A stretch of DNA of 64,000 bases. Source: Haliotis rufescens. Taxonomy: Eukaryota. Positions within the stretch are counted from its first letter, which is position 1, and every line of letters begins with the position of its first letter. The notes beneath the pieces were generated by a model. That model was not told where the DNA came from. It did no database searches and was given only the letters and a program-made list of their open reading frames with translations. The position numbers and the translations under genes were made by a program. The stretch covers positions 12,772,001 through 12,836,000 of the forward strand of contig NW_025963913.1 in the NCBI RefSeq assembly GCF_023055435.1, in the 5' to 3' direction. Positions 1-14,100 of the stretch are shown one piece after another.

Positions 1-132
1 AAAGAAAATCACCATGTGTTGCCTGGTTTGTTCACTTGATAAACTACACCACATATACAGTGTCACCAAATTTTTTTAAATTTCACCTTCTTACATATTT
101 CGAAACTTTGGATGAACATTTAATAATTAACT

Positions 133-843
133 TTGTTTGTTTGCCGCACTCACCAATATTCCAGCTATATGATGGAGTCTGTAAATAATCAAGTCTTGAC
201 CAAACAATTGCAGAGGTAGATTTAACAACAAATTCATGTATAGCCAGCTGGTCTTGCTCCTTTCAAAAGTTACTGGCCCTTCTCCAAACTAACTAGCCCA
301 GAACTAAATGTTACAGGCAATGACTGAGTTTCCTGGTCCCTGAAAATTTAAGAACTCCTCACCCTTAAAATGTCATTTTCTGCAGCCTGAGATTAAATCA
401 TGGCTTCCAACTGCTTCATTTTGTGGCAATTTTAGGAGCAAATAAATATGTTCTTGTACAGAACATTACAAAATGGCTGCCGGTTGTGTCATTCTACTGA
501 GATGATCTTTGAGCCAATCATCCCCCCTAAATATTTTCTCATCAAAATTATGTGATACACAAGCCGTGTCCAATCAAAAATATTAAAGATAAACAGAGAA
601 ACAGTGAAATATTGCCAGCCAGACGGGCCAACTACTTTGTTTCAGCAAGCCTTTCATAATTTTAACTGGCCACGGGCCAACAGACCAGCAGTTAAATCGA
701 CCCCTGCAACTGGGATCCGATGACATGCATCAACCAAGTCAATGAACCTGACCTCCCGATCCTGTTAGTCAGTCTCCTCTTATGACAAGCATAGTTGTCT
801 TTTACAGTTGCTGAAGATCTATTCTAACCCAGATCTTCACAGG
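133..843 (-). mobile_element. SINE-like interspersed repeat (family A, (AAAC)n tail), interrupted by a MITE
   Basis: Same sequence blocks (aatattccagcta..., gatgacatgcatcaaccaagtc, gttgctgaaga...gatcttcac) as copies at 43361, 45693, 55619 and 61711. Confidence 0.8.
211..706. mobile_element. non-autonomous DNA transposon (MITE) nested in the SINE
   Basis: 16-bp TIRs cagaggtagatttaac / gttaaatcgacccctg (2 mismatches); flanks caattg / caactg as an imperfect 6-bp TSD. Confidence 0.7.
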
Positions 844-1839
844 TTAATAATTAACTGATGTTTTTTTAACAGACACAATTTTTAAAAAATGTGCCACAGT
901 TCTCTTGCTCTCAGATACTTTCAAAATGAGCTGAATGTTATGTTGTCAAACCTTAGTGAAGTGTCCCCGTGTAATGTGATCTGGTTGATATGAGTGGACA
1001 GAATAATCTCAGTGTGCTATTCATATTGTTTTGCTGAAACAAACCTTCGTTCAGAGTATCACCATAACATTGGTACAGAAATATCTGAGATCTATGAACA
1101 TTATTAACATTAGCCCAAATGAGTGCAGATTGTGGCACATGAAAGTAACTTTACAGTCATTTTTGACTCACAAGTTCCAGCTTGATCATAATGATTAAGG
1201 CCTATTCTTAAATTTTCCTTTTATTTTCAATTCTAAGAAAAATATTTATGCTTAATCTGAATGCCATGATTTAGTTTGTTTCCAAGGTGGTGCTGAATTA
1301 ATATCCTGTCATTATACCAGATTTCTGAGCCTTTATAATTTTTAGAAGATATGATATTGGATCTACAGTGGATGACACTGGAATATGACAAGAAACAAAC
1401 CCAAACAAACAAAGCTTAGCCTAGGTTTCTAGATCTATAGGCTCGCCTATCAGATTCTATTTCACGTTTCAGTGTGCAGCAAACATTTTGAACTTGACAT
1501 TTGTCATTTGTAATGCATGTCAAGTTCATTCACAATGATACAGTTAGCCTTAATGTCTCTGACTAATTCTAAGTGCTTCTATGATTAAAAAACGATAAAA
1601 TGTCGTCACATGAAATCTGCCATGGACTTTTTCGTAAAACATTTTGTAGCTGGATCTGCTTGCTTTCGGAATGTTCCCGATTTTCGTGCCATATTCGATG
1701 CTTTGCGACAGATCAAGATTGTTTTGTTTTTTTGTTCAATGAAATTTTATCTTTTAATATAAAGATTTAACATCAGTTAACATCCCTTCACTTACCTACC
1801 AAATATATTTATGTCCATGTACAGCAGACGACACAAGTT

Positions 1840-2010
1840 TGACCCGGAAATACTATATTCGAGCGGAAACGTACGGAAATGGCCGAGTAAACAACGTTAT
1901 GTCACGTGACAAAGAGCACCTGTTGGGATTGGCTTTGATGTGACCACATGACCAGGTAAATCGCGTGTATTTACATACGAAGGGGTTGACTAGCTACCGT
2001 AAACAACGGA
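1840..2010. promoter_or_regulatory. putative promoter of the C3orf84-like gene
   Basis: Locally CpG-rich; three CGGAA (ETS-like) motifs at 1844-1880, palindrome GTCACGTGAC 1901-1910, ATTGG, two GTAAACAA forkhead-like motifs (1887, 1999), all upstream of ATG 2132. Confidence 0.45.
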
Positions 2011-2131
2011 TTGTTTATTCCGCCATTGCTTGGTGGTACCTGGTTACCCACATGCTGGTTAATCTGGATATCTGAAAAATAAATTTTATGAAGTCGCAAT
2101 GAACTGACGGATAGTAAATCAGAAATTTAAG

Positions 2132-2158
2132 ATGGCAAGCGAAATTGCTGGAAGTTGG
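2132..2158 (+). CDS. C3orf84: C3orf84-like coding exon 1
   Basis: aagATGG start, MASEIAGSW, donor gtaaga. Confidence 0.75.
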
Positions 2159-5100
2159 GTAAGAACTTTAAAACAAAAATCATATTATATTGATTAGGAT
2201 CGAATTTTCAATGCAGATCGAGTGATCTACGTGAAGACGTTAAACTACGATAATGTATATATATTATTTTTACTATAGTGTACAAATGTTTTTTCATGCT
2301 GTCATTTAGTGCAGCACTTCGTTTGTTTGACATCATTATCACCACATTTGCAAGGTAAAATAACAGAAAAATATGAATATTCAAATAATGCCAAGTATAA
2401 AAAATAACAAACATCTAACATCTTAATGCTTACTTTCTAAACTGTTTCATCTCTTGATCAAAATCCTAACTGAAGCATAAATATAACAAATTATCCTCAT
2501 GGCTGTAGGCCTATTTCATTTGGATGAACCCCTTTTCTTTTTCAAAGTCATTTTGTAATGGCTCTGGTTTTCATCAAGAAAGCAACTTTCATGGTGCTGT
2601 CCAATGTATTTGTGCTATATTCTTTGTACGTCAACTTTTATACTTTATGATATCTCACTGCAGATGCTGATGCACCTTTATATAGCAAGTCACAGCTGTT
2701 TTAATAAATTCATTCACAGATACTGTTGGGAAGTTTATGATTGTATCTGAGAGTATGCACATATGCACTAAAGATAAATACTCATCAATCATGTAATTAA
2801 GACATGTTATATAATTTGTAATAGTTGCAAGAGCAGATTTTCACATTTTTCGACTTGGTTGAAGGATTTCTTGAGTCAGCGGCTGTTAAAGGGCCAGTAT
2901 GTCAATGGTTTATGTATGAAATAATTCTGGAGTGTGACATAACACCTTTTGTTCATGCATGTTTTAAATTCTGAAACCAAAACAACAGAGCTCTGCACAG
3001 TGAAGCTGACAACATAAGCGCTGCGCAGAATATTTGGTTTTGGTCATGTTTTTATTGGAGGCAAACTGAAGAGAAAATTGAGTGTTTTTCTTGGAGATGA
3101 GTTACAAAATAATAATTGCCAGCTCGATTTGATTAGAAGCCAGTGTTTATCAAAGCATGGATTACAATATGCTGACAGCCTGAAATGTTTATATTCGAGA
3201 GATATATTTTTTCCAGAATTTAATTTCCCATGATTAAGGATGCATATAACACACATATTATACACAAATAAATATGTCTTGTGTACATTGATCAATCGGA
3301 AGGGGTGCTAATTGGGATTGTTCACTTGCCAATATATCAGCAAATATCGCTGTGGGCGCTTATAAGAGCGGGGCGATTATTACGTCGAATACAGTATTTC
3401 CAATTGCGTATTAAGCCTTTGTTTACATTGGTTGTACGGCTCCACATGATGTCATCGAAGCCCTATGGAGAGCTAGCCATACAGCCTCTGTGATGTATAA
3501 AGATATATTGCCATGCACCTCAATGTCGCAGTTGTAATAGCATATCTATAAAATTATGCAAAACAATATGTAAAGCCAAAGAAAGGCTTACATTAGGCAC
3601 ATCTGTTCTCATTTGAAATAAGTGAATATGTTCACAAACAAGAGTATAGTCCGGTCACATGATCAGATATGAGAACAGCAAAACTTGTTTTTTGAGGAAC
3701 ATTGCCATTCGAGGGGTGTTTGGGTGTTTGAGTCCACTAAGGTAATGGGAAACAACTACAGGGAAAGAGCTTTATGATTATCCACACAGATAAACTGCAG
3801 AACTGCACAAAATCCTATGAGAAAAAATCCCATTGAGATAGATCTATATGAGTTGTATTTGGGTTAAGTGTTTCCAAGGTCCAAAGGTAGAATATTCCAG
3901 CAAATGAGAAAGATGAATACCAGTACTTTTAATCATGTTTATCAAAATCGTCTCTGCAAAAGAATATGCAGAAAGGTTTTGGGTCTCTTTATCAGAAGAT
4001 GAATGTTTCAATGTGGTAGTTTGATGAATGCAACTGGTGTCAAATTATTGCCAAGAAATGTAAGGTACATGGCAGAAAGTGTAGGTTTTACATGTATGTT
4101 CAGTGACATATAGCATGTGCAAGGCCAGTACGAAAACAATGCCATACCACATGATCTATTTTTCAGTTGATGTCATCTTATTTTGATCCTATATTCTTCC
4201 AGTTTCCCTCTGGCTATTATGGGCATTACCGCAGTAAGTCAAGGAATGACTTTGTGTGTGAATATCGCCAGTTAGCCAAACCACAGCCACCTGAGAAGTT
4301 CTACAGAAGAGCAAAGGTAACAGTTTTGAGTAACTAAGGCCCCATTTTTTTCACATGCTTTACAGATTTTTTTGGGTAGGTGGGGGGAAAAAGTAATTTG
4401 ATAATAGCAATTCAATTTTTCAGTTTTCTGCTCCACTTCTGGTTGGCTGGTATAAACAATGAAAGATGGTTGAATGTGGGAGGAGAGCCTGCAACACAAC
4501 TGTTGCTTTTAGCAATGCAAACCTGCTGAATCAAGCTGGAATATGCTATTTTAGCTTTCTTTCAAGCTGTTTAATTGCACAAGAAGAAGATTTTTTTGTT
4601 CTGTCAGTGTCTTGCATTTTCCTCTTTTTCAGATCATGGTCCCTTAAGGAAAAAAGACTGCCTAATTTGAAAATGAAAAATATGATTTGTAATATTCAAT
4701 ATGCGGCGATAAGTAAATTGCAACATTCACAGGCTTTGAAATCATAGCCATCAGCCTTCAAAGTTTACTAGGAGTTAGATCTAAAATAGCTGTATCCCCA
4801 AATCCCAAAGGCTTTTGGCTGATTTCTCTCCCAAGTTTGACTGCTGCTGTGGTCTCGTGGATAGAGCGTTAGCCTAGAGAACAAAAGGCCAGTGGTTCGA
4901 TCCCCGGCTGCATCTACAAGCAGACACACGTGCATCACACAGGCACACACACATCCTGCAGGAACAGATCCTGCAGTTGTTATCAAACCAGGACTACATG
5001 TATTTGCAGGTAGAACCAATTTAGAAATGGTTCGATAGCTTGGTTCTGTCTGACTTATATCATGGAATGGACATTACCACAACATATTTGTCTATCAAAG

Positions 5101-8100
5101 TTAACACACAGCAGTGGGAGATCATTTATGTTCATTTATGAGCAACATAGTTTGATAACATTTCCTTGGGCTCCACAAAAGTTATTTGCCAAGAAGGTGG
5201 GAAGACAGATATAGATTAATCTATCCAACATGGCAATATAATGACTGCCTTAGGCCCTTGACAACTAAGCTGTCTATTTCAGTTGACAGTCGTGTTTCCA
5301 GCATGTTAAGCAGGGAGTATGCTCTTGTGTTAAGATCTAGGAAATCCCTCAATTTGTCAAAATATTCCTTTTCACCTGACTGGTCAATACATCTTCCCTC
5401 TCACAAGCTGCTACAAGTGATCGGAATCTATATGCCAAATCAAACCATTGTGGGTGGCCCTGTAGTACTGTGGTGGAGTTTTCGACATGATCCATGGCAA
5501 TCAATACATGTATTGATCTGCCTGGTTTTCTATAGTGCTGGTCCACAGCTTTCTACCGTGTTGTTCCATATGACCCCAATAGACTGATATCATGACACCT
5601 TTATCAAACAGAAGTAAATGTTTTCCTTTGTCCTGTTTTGGTTGGATTCACGGAGTGATAATAACGAGAGCTTTATGATCTTTGTACAAAGTATGTGCAG
5701 CATGTATGCAGCATGTATACAGCACACTGTTCTATAGTGTTTAGTTAGTCCAACAAATATGTATTTGTTGTGGGATCCTTTTGGAGTTTGCAGCAGGTCA
5801 TTGCGTCTAGGCTGTGAATTGAGCATGGCAGCCAGTGTAATTGACTTTCACTGTGAAGGACAACTAGACACATTGTAGGCTACACAAGATGTTGTAGATG
5901 CCAAATCCTTTTGATGTCAAATCTAAAGCTTAAAGAGTTTTGGGACATACCTCACAAAACTTCTTAAACTTAATTGTAAAATGATGATATGATCACCTCT
6001 AATAGTGATGCTGTTCATTTTCAGAGTATGACAATAAGAGCTGCTATTTTTTGTCTAAAAGGGTAAATCCCCAGCAATGTTGATTTTGTCTGATGGAGAA
6101 CTTGCAGACCTGTTAACCCCCAACCACCAAATAAGGAATTAATATTTCATCTGACATGAAGAATTTGAACTGCTCCCTACCCATGCTAAGAGAGTTTAAG
6201 TCGCTGTCCTCTGCGTAATGCTACAGTATTGATTAAGGACTTTCACATGGCTCAAGTGCTACCTTCTATGCAAGTGGTTGCTGTGTGAATAAGGTCGAGT
6301 CACCCAGGGAAGTATGAACGGCTGGTGCTCTGTGTCATGCCAGATATCTGCACTTACTACAGTTACCAGGCATGTTTGGGTTTGACAGTGTCTGATATGG
6401 GTCTGATAAATACAAAAAATTCATTGTTGACATACTCATGATATTGCCTGTGAAAAGGCAGGGTGATTGTGTGAACCAAAGGTAGTTTTCAGCTTTGCCC
6501 TGACTTGCATAATAAGGCCTTGACATGCAATGAATTTACAATGAATAGTTAAATCAGTACCTTTCTCACATTTGAAGTTGAAGTATGTGAAGGTCGGAAA
6601 TTACTGCCACATACAATAACATGTATTGAATTAGATAAGTTACTGGCGAATTGTTTTCAATTTTGCATCATAAAACATTGCACACTTGACATAGCCTACA
6701 ATATTCAATAAAAGGTACAGTGTTGGGTTTCAGTGTTTTTCACGCTTTGTATTTAATTTGATATGGGAACAGTAATAAATGGTGATTATTACCCTGCCCT
6801 GTGCAGGTTTTAAGTGGTAATCAAAAAGGAAAAATATAGGGTTGTCGACTACACTTTACCAGTCATAGTAGGTTTTCTCTCCTTTGAACTTAATGCAATG
6901 TAAAACCTACCCAGAACCAGTGTGAAGTATGTCACTCCTTCAAAGGTAAAGTGTACTATTATTCTATAGCAGACCTAGATGGCTTAAATACTGTCATGCT
7001 GAATATTGATAGTGATATATTATTCACATCAGGGGATGTGAACACAATAACTGACGAACTTACATCTCGAATTATAAAAGTTTGTGATAAACATATTCCT
7101 AATAAAATTGTTACCATACGATCAAAGGATCAACAGTGGATCAATAATGTAATACCTTCCTTAATAAGAAAACGAAATCGCCAACAAAGAAAGCTAAAAG
7201 ACGTAATACTCAAGCTGATTGGGCAAATTTTAGGCTGTTAAGAAATAAGGTAATTAACTACATGTATGTCCATAAGGCGACGAAGGCACTTGCATCTAAA
7301 ATTGATACTGTAATAAATAGTTCTCATGGAACTTGACTTGGTGGCGTTTAGTAAAGGAATTTCTTAAACTTAAAACTGCAAAACACAACTTTCCCCCAAT
7401 TCTTTTTGGGAATAGGTTGTATGATAATTCCATGGATATTGCTAATATTCTCAATAACTTCTTTGTGGACCAATCTCGCATATGTAATCCTGATATGCAC
7501 CTTCCAACCGAAGAATTAGATAAAGTAAAAAATCCATTAGTAAATATAATTTTGATGGAAGATGAAGTTAGGGATATACTTTTGTCCGTGGACACCACAA
7601 AGGCAACTGGCCCTGATGATATTGGAAATAAAGTACTTAAAAACACAGCTTACAGTTTAGCCCCAATCCTAAACTATTCAATTTCTCTCTTAAACGAGCA
7701 ATATTTCCATCACTTTGGAAAGAAGCTCTTATCATTTCTATTCATAAGAAGAACAGCGTGAATGAATGTACAAATTACAGACCGGTTGCGCTCACAAGTT
7801 GTTTAGCAAAGATATTTGGAAAATGTATATTTAAACATGTGTAAAACTATTTAAGGAATAATAATGTGCTCACTAACCTACAATCTGGATTCACGCAGGG
7901 AAACTCCACCTCAAATCAGTTGACATATTTATATCACTTTATTGCAAAGGCCTTAGATGAAGGTAAGGAAGTTAGAGCTGTATTTTGTGACGTAAGTAAA
8001 GCTTTTGATAAAGTTTGGCACAAAGAAATAATTTATAAGCTACACAATTATGGTATTTGTGGAAATTTATTGAGATGGTTTGATAGTTACTTAGAAAATT

Positions 8101-11100
8101 GATATCAAAAAGTAGTTATAAATGGCTATAGCTCAGATCCAAAAGCTGTCTTGGCAGGTGTGCCACAGGGCTCGGTCCTAGGACCATTTTTGTTTATTAT
8201 CTATATCAATGACAATGTTGAAGGAATACATAGTAATATAAGACTTTTAGCTGATGACACATCTTTGTATGTGATCATAGAAGGTCCTGATATAGCTGCT
8301 CCTGATCTCAATAATGACTTGGACAGAATTTCAGAATGGGCTGCCAGATGGCAAGTTAAATTTAGTCCCGAAAAAACTGAATCTATTCAATTTACCCGTA
8401 AAGTAAACCCTAGTCGCAAACCTAACTTATATATATGAATGGTACAGAAATCAACGATGTACAAAGTCATATGCACTTAGGTATGACTTTACAAAGTAAT
8501 TGTACATTGAAAATGCACATTGATGATATTGTAAGGAAATGTTGTCCTCTGGTTAACGGTTTAAGGAGTTATAAATATCGTCTATCCCGAACTACCTTAG
8601 AAACTATGCACAAATCATTTATTTTACCAATTTTTGATTATTGTTGTCATATTTGGGACAACTGTACTAATGAACAAGCTACCGGTAACTTATTGGAAAA
8701 TTACACTTAGATGCTCTTAGAACCATATGTGGCGCTGTCCGGGGTACGAGTCATCAGAAGATTTACAATGAAACAAATTGTAAGTCATTAAAAGACAAAC
8801 GATACAATTTAAAACTGGTAATGTTTTACAAAATGAATAACTATTTATCCCCGGAATATCTTTGTAGGCTTATTCCTAATACAGTTTCAGAAAACACAAA
8901 TTATGACTTAAGGGATAAAACTAATCTTCAAACAGTGAAGTGTAAAACAAAAGCCTATGCAGATTCATTTATACCAGCTACAACACAACTTTGGAATATG
9001 TTACCAGAAAATCTAACGGGGGCAGAGACCGTTACACAATTTAAGAATTTGCTTCACGTAAAGGGAGATAATGGTATACACTGGGATTTAAATTATGGAA
9101 GCAGATTACCGGTATGCCAAATCATTCACAGTCACCTCAGGCTTGGCTGCAGCGATCTTAACGCAGATCAGTATAATAGATATATCTTTGATACAAAAAC
9201 TTGTTCCTGTGGATATCATACCGAAGATGCTCTACACTTCTTTTTTGTGTGTACAAATTACTATGCTCTTCGAAATGAAATGTATTTTTACCAACATGGT
9301 TATTCTTTACAAACAGTGCTATGCGGAAATTCGGATTTGAGTAAGGAAGAGCAAATGCTAATATTAGATTCTATTCAACACTTTATATTAAAAACTGGCA
9401 GATTTTCAGTTAAATGATTGTTTAAAATAAACTGCAAATAGATTTATTATATAAACACATCTAGCTTGGCATGTACAATTTATTTGTTACATGTAACCTT
9501 CATTGATGTATTTATTGCAATATGTCCTATGTGTAATGGAGCGGTATTACATAAGTGCTTCGCTTGTTTACCAATCCATTTTCACGCTTTTGTGAAAATA
9601 AATATGTTTAAACCAAATGTATTGGAAGTCTGAAATGTTCGCTACAATAGTGGCAGTGTTAGTTACAAGATTATTCCCTCTTTCAAGTGTGCATACCATC
9701 TTTCTAGAAAGTAGTACAATATACTTGATATCATACATACTTCTATTGTATTTGTGAGTGAGTGAAGAAATGTTTATTAGCCATAGTCAGAAAGTTTAGT
9801 TATATCACAGGGGATTGTGAATAATATCTGGACCAAATACAAGCTGTATAATGAATCTGTCATCAAAGTGTGGCTTGAAATTGTTACTTTGTGTGAAACA
9901 TGTCTTGTATTTTTAAAAAAACTTCTTTTCAGCAACCTATTGCCAAGCATGTGTTCTCCCACCATGATAACCGTCACTCCTTCCTCAACAATGCTCTCTA
10001 CTTCGAAGAGGTAAGGATAAATCGAAGTGCATGTGCAAATAAATGACTAAATATTACATTGAAGTTCAGTCCAAGCAAACCATATTTCCTCAATTAAACG
10101 CTGGATAAAACGCTGGGCCTCGATTAAATACTGGCTAATTTTTATGTGTGGAATTTTCCCCATTATTATTGTGGTGTGTGGTGTGGTGCGGTGCGGTGCG
10201 GTGCGGTGGAGAGTGTCTGGAAGAAATATACGCACAGGCGTTTAACCTGGGGAAATATGGTAACCTAACTTTATCATATGTACTATCTTCCAAATTACAC
10301 CAGCTTCTTACAAAGGTAGCTATCAAGGCTCTCTATTGTCCAGTCTGCTAGAGGCTAAATGTACTCCAGTACTATATGAGATTGCTTTTAAGCATTTTCA
10401 AACAGTTCATTGGAATTGAACACCATGCAATATGAACATCGTTCATTACCACAATTTTGTAAAGAATTGTACATTGGCATGTGAATTGTAGATGAAAAAG
10501 AGAGAGATGGACCTAAAGTTAATAATTTCTTGTCAGAAGTGTTATCATCACCACAATATTAAATATATGGGTACGTTTGCTTTTAAGTCATATATGAGGT
10601 GCTTCTTGAAACAGGACAGTTTTAGGAGATAAAAAGGTTTGTCTATACTTTAGCTGAATTTATAACAGTTGTTAACATGTGAAATGTCTTTTTATATAAT
10701 GACTTTCTTTGTGAATATAAGGGGACTATGATCTTTGGTATGTAATAACTTTAGCCATAGTATGCTTGTAGTAATTTGCAGATATTTTCATTTTTTATAA
10801 AAAATCTTTTCTTTAAAAAATCTTTATTTGGAAATATGTATATTTTTAAGAGTATACAGATATCTTTTGAAGTGTACAAAATGTCTGTGTTCTATAACTG
10901 TCTGTCCACAATCAGCCTAATGTAAACATGGTAAGTGGAAGTTATAAGTAAGATGTGTCGCCCCTGACAGTGCATAGGGTATGTTGTGGTAATTACATTC
11001 TCATCTGTCATGCTGTCACCTGGTCTAATCCAACATCGACCGACCTCCATATATAGGAGTGGTCTCAAAAGTATTTTTAATCCGGGGCCCACATTAACAG

Positions 11101-14100
11101 ACCATTCAGCCTAGATTGGTGGGCTCTAACTCCCTATATTTTAACATAGACTTAAGTTTGATTCTCAGCTTTTTTAGATAATACACTGACAGTTTCGAAA
11201 GTGTTCAAATGAGGGTGTGTGTGTGGTGGGCAGGACATGTGTTGCCAAGTGTTCTTAGGTCCTTAGTCATGCCAGAATCCTAGGATCATAGGTTCAAAAC
11301 CCTGATTTGCAATTGTAATTATGATCCTTGGATTGTCAGCACCATATCCATGCTCCCTGTTCTTCTGATTGAGCTGAAACACCTTGACTGACTGAAATAC
11401 TCTTCAAAGTTGAGTAAACCCAGAATCACTTACTGAATTATGGTGTTATTTGGGAATATATCAGAATAGTTGGTTTTATCATTTTCATTTTCGCTTTATT
11501 TGTAGATGAATAAGCTTTGTAGTACAAGAATTATTTAAAAAATACACACAGTAAATATTTTTAGCTAAGTATTATGGCCCAAATGTTAAAGTACTAAAGG
11601 ATTTTGTATGTGAAAGTACAGAATGAAAGCTGATAGGAATCAGAAAAGAGGAAATTATAGGAGGATTATCGTTCAGGTTGTTAGAGAAAGTCCCACTCTC
11701 CAGTTTGCTATTACATGTTTGGTCATGTGTTGACCCACACAATGCTGGCAGTATCAGCAGGTGTAGAGCGAAATCAAGCATTACTTATCTGGCACATCTG
11801 ATAATGTCCTGTACAGATCTACTCATGTGCAGCTGAGTGGCACCAAGTCGATAAGCTCTTTAAGAATTAAATACCAGCAAAGTAACCTAATCTCCTTGTA
11901 TTGTTTATATGTCATTGTAAGGAGCCTGTGTTGGGTTGTAGAGTAATAGCTGTTGGAATAGTCTGGCTTGATGTTAAGCTTGAATGTCTTTGTTATTAGT
12001 GGATAAACTACAATAGTGCATACTTTACACAAATTAAATTGCGCTTTGGATTTATATTTATGTTACAGCTACAACAAAGTAGACACAAGGCGTTATACAG
12101 TCAAACTTAGAGTTATAGTTACTAGAGATATTACAATTGATCCAATCTCATTAAAATCAGATCTTGTGCTCGCTCCCCTACATAAAGACCTGAGGTATTC
12201 CCTTTACAGGTCACATCATAACACCTTTTGTGAACTTAAACTGACCAATGAAACAACTAACAGGAAGTCAACACTAGCCAATAAGAAAACACCTTCTTGG
12301 GCTTATGGCACTAGTTTCAAACTGGCAACTTTCATTCCAGATTGCACTTTGATTGCACTCGATTCAAAATTTGAAAACTGAACAAAAGAAAATTCTTGGA
12401 TGTCTAATAGATAGCTGAGATTGTATGGTAGTTCTTCCCATGCACCTATGGAAAATGTCTTCCGTTTCAAATATTTATCCCATTGAAGTGAGAGATAGAC
12501 TATGACAGCCATAAATGTTCTTCGGAATACCCAGTGTTAAACTTTTTGAGATTGTATGATAAGAAAACACATTGGAACGTTCTTGATTTGATAAGTGACA
12601 CTCTGATTGGTCGGATGAAAGGTCATTCTGACAAGACCCATAATGGGAAGTCCTCTGAACAAAGATATGATTTGAATGAGATTGCAATTTGTCTTATCCG
12701 TTTTTGCCATGTTTACCTTTTCAGTTGAATAATTGTTACATGTGTGTTATTTCAACCTTTCATCCTACAATTGTTATGTCATCCTGCATGTGTTATTACA
12801 TCCTACATGTGTTATTCACCTTTCATTCTAAATGTGTAATTTCATCCTCCACCAGACCTGTCAACCCCTCATCATGACAATGAGGGAGATTTTTCTGCAA
12901 AGGGGGGGGAATTTATTTTTAAAATAGTGAAATTAATTTAATTAAAATATATAGTATTTTCTGTCTGTGATAGTCTGTTGATAGTCCGATTACAACACTT
13001 CATAAATTTCCTGGAAATGTTCATGTTATTCCATTCCTGAGAAATGTATGCTGTATTTGTAAGTATTGTTACCTTTTTCTACAGTTTATGAATGAGGTGA
13101 GCCTCGTTGCCGTTGTTAACCTTTCTGACGTTGACATGTATTAAGCTCATTGGTCGATTAGTACTGTTGTATCCACATTAGATTGCTGAACATCATCTTC
13201 CTGAGGCAAGAGAGTTAACTGACTTTAAAAGTCCAGTTTCCACCCTTGCCGAACTAGGTTGGTATTATGGAGTTACATTTTGGCTGAACTAACAAGTCTA
13301 TGCATAGTCCAATCAAAACCGCGCACCGAAATCGAAATCCGGTTCGTAAACTGTCGTGCAGATTTCGGTCGATTGTAGGATTTGCAAAGCATGTGCACCG
13401 CCAACTCGTTGTCAGCAGATATGAAATTTGATACAGTTCTTTGTGTTGATATTTCCGTCAAGTTGTCAGTCAAAAGGAAGTATATGAGTTTTACTTAAAC
13501 ATTGACTTTGAAACCCTAGCTCTGAGGAACCCTGATCGTGTAAGTCATTGTTATTTCGACAAACGAATCAACCAATCACACAAAGTGTTGTTTTTGGAGA
13601 TGGATTTTGTTGGTCATATCTGGTTTTCATACCGAGAGTTTAATGGCATAACCTCGAGGAATAGTGATGTTTCAACAAAGTTTCAGAATATCTGATAACC
13701 AATAAAATCACTTATAACTGGGCAGAGGAATAAACACGCTAAGAACATGAAGAGAACAGTTCATTTCAGGAAGTGATAAGTACTCAGCTGATTATTCAGT
13801 TTAAGTTCCACCCTTCAGGCACCTGTGAGGATTGTTCAAGTTTTCTTTACAGTTTACATTGTTAAATCGTTCACCACATGAATTTTATTACCAGTTGATT
13901 GCTAGACATAGGTCAAACGATGGGTGACCGTGATAAGAGTCGCTAATCCGGAGCCTCCCGCACAGATCAAGAGGTATCTCATACATGTATGCATACAGAT
14001 TTAATCAGAAAACTTACTGGTAGATATCTGTAATCGTAAACTTCATGTTCTTTGTTTATACTCAAGGGACAAGGAATGTGATTTTTTAAGATAATGAAAA

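Noticed and set aside
952-1033. Minus-strand AG..GT segment as a coding exon of a divergent gene
   Set aside because: Stops in all three frames; at most a UTR exon, unsupported
6951-9417. Active reverse transcriptase gene or host gene
   Set aside because: Multiple stops and frameshifts and no endonuclease domain; a decayed LINE
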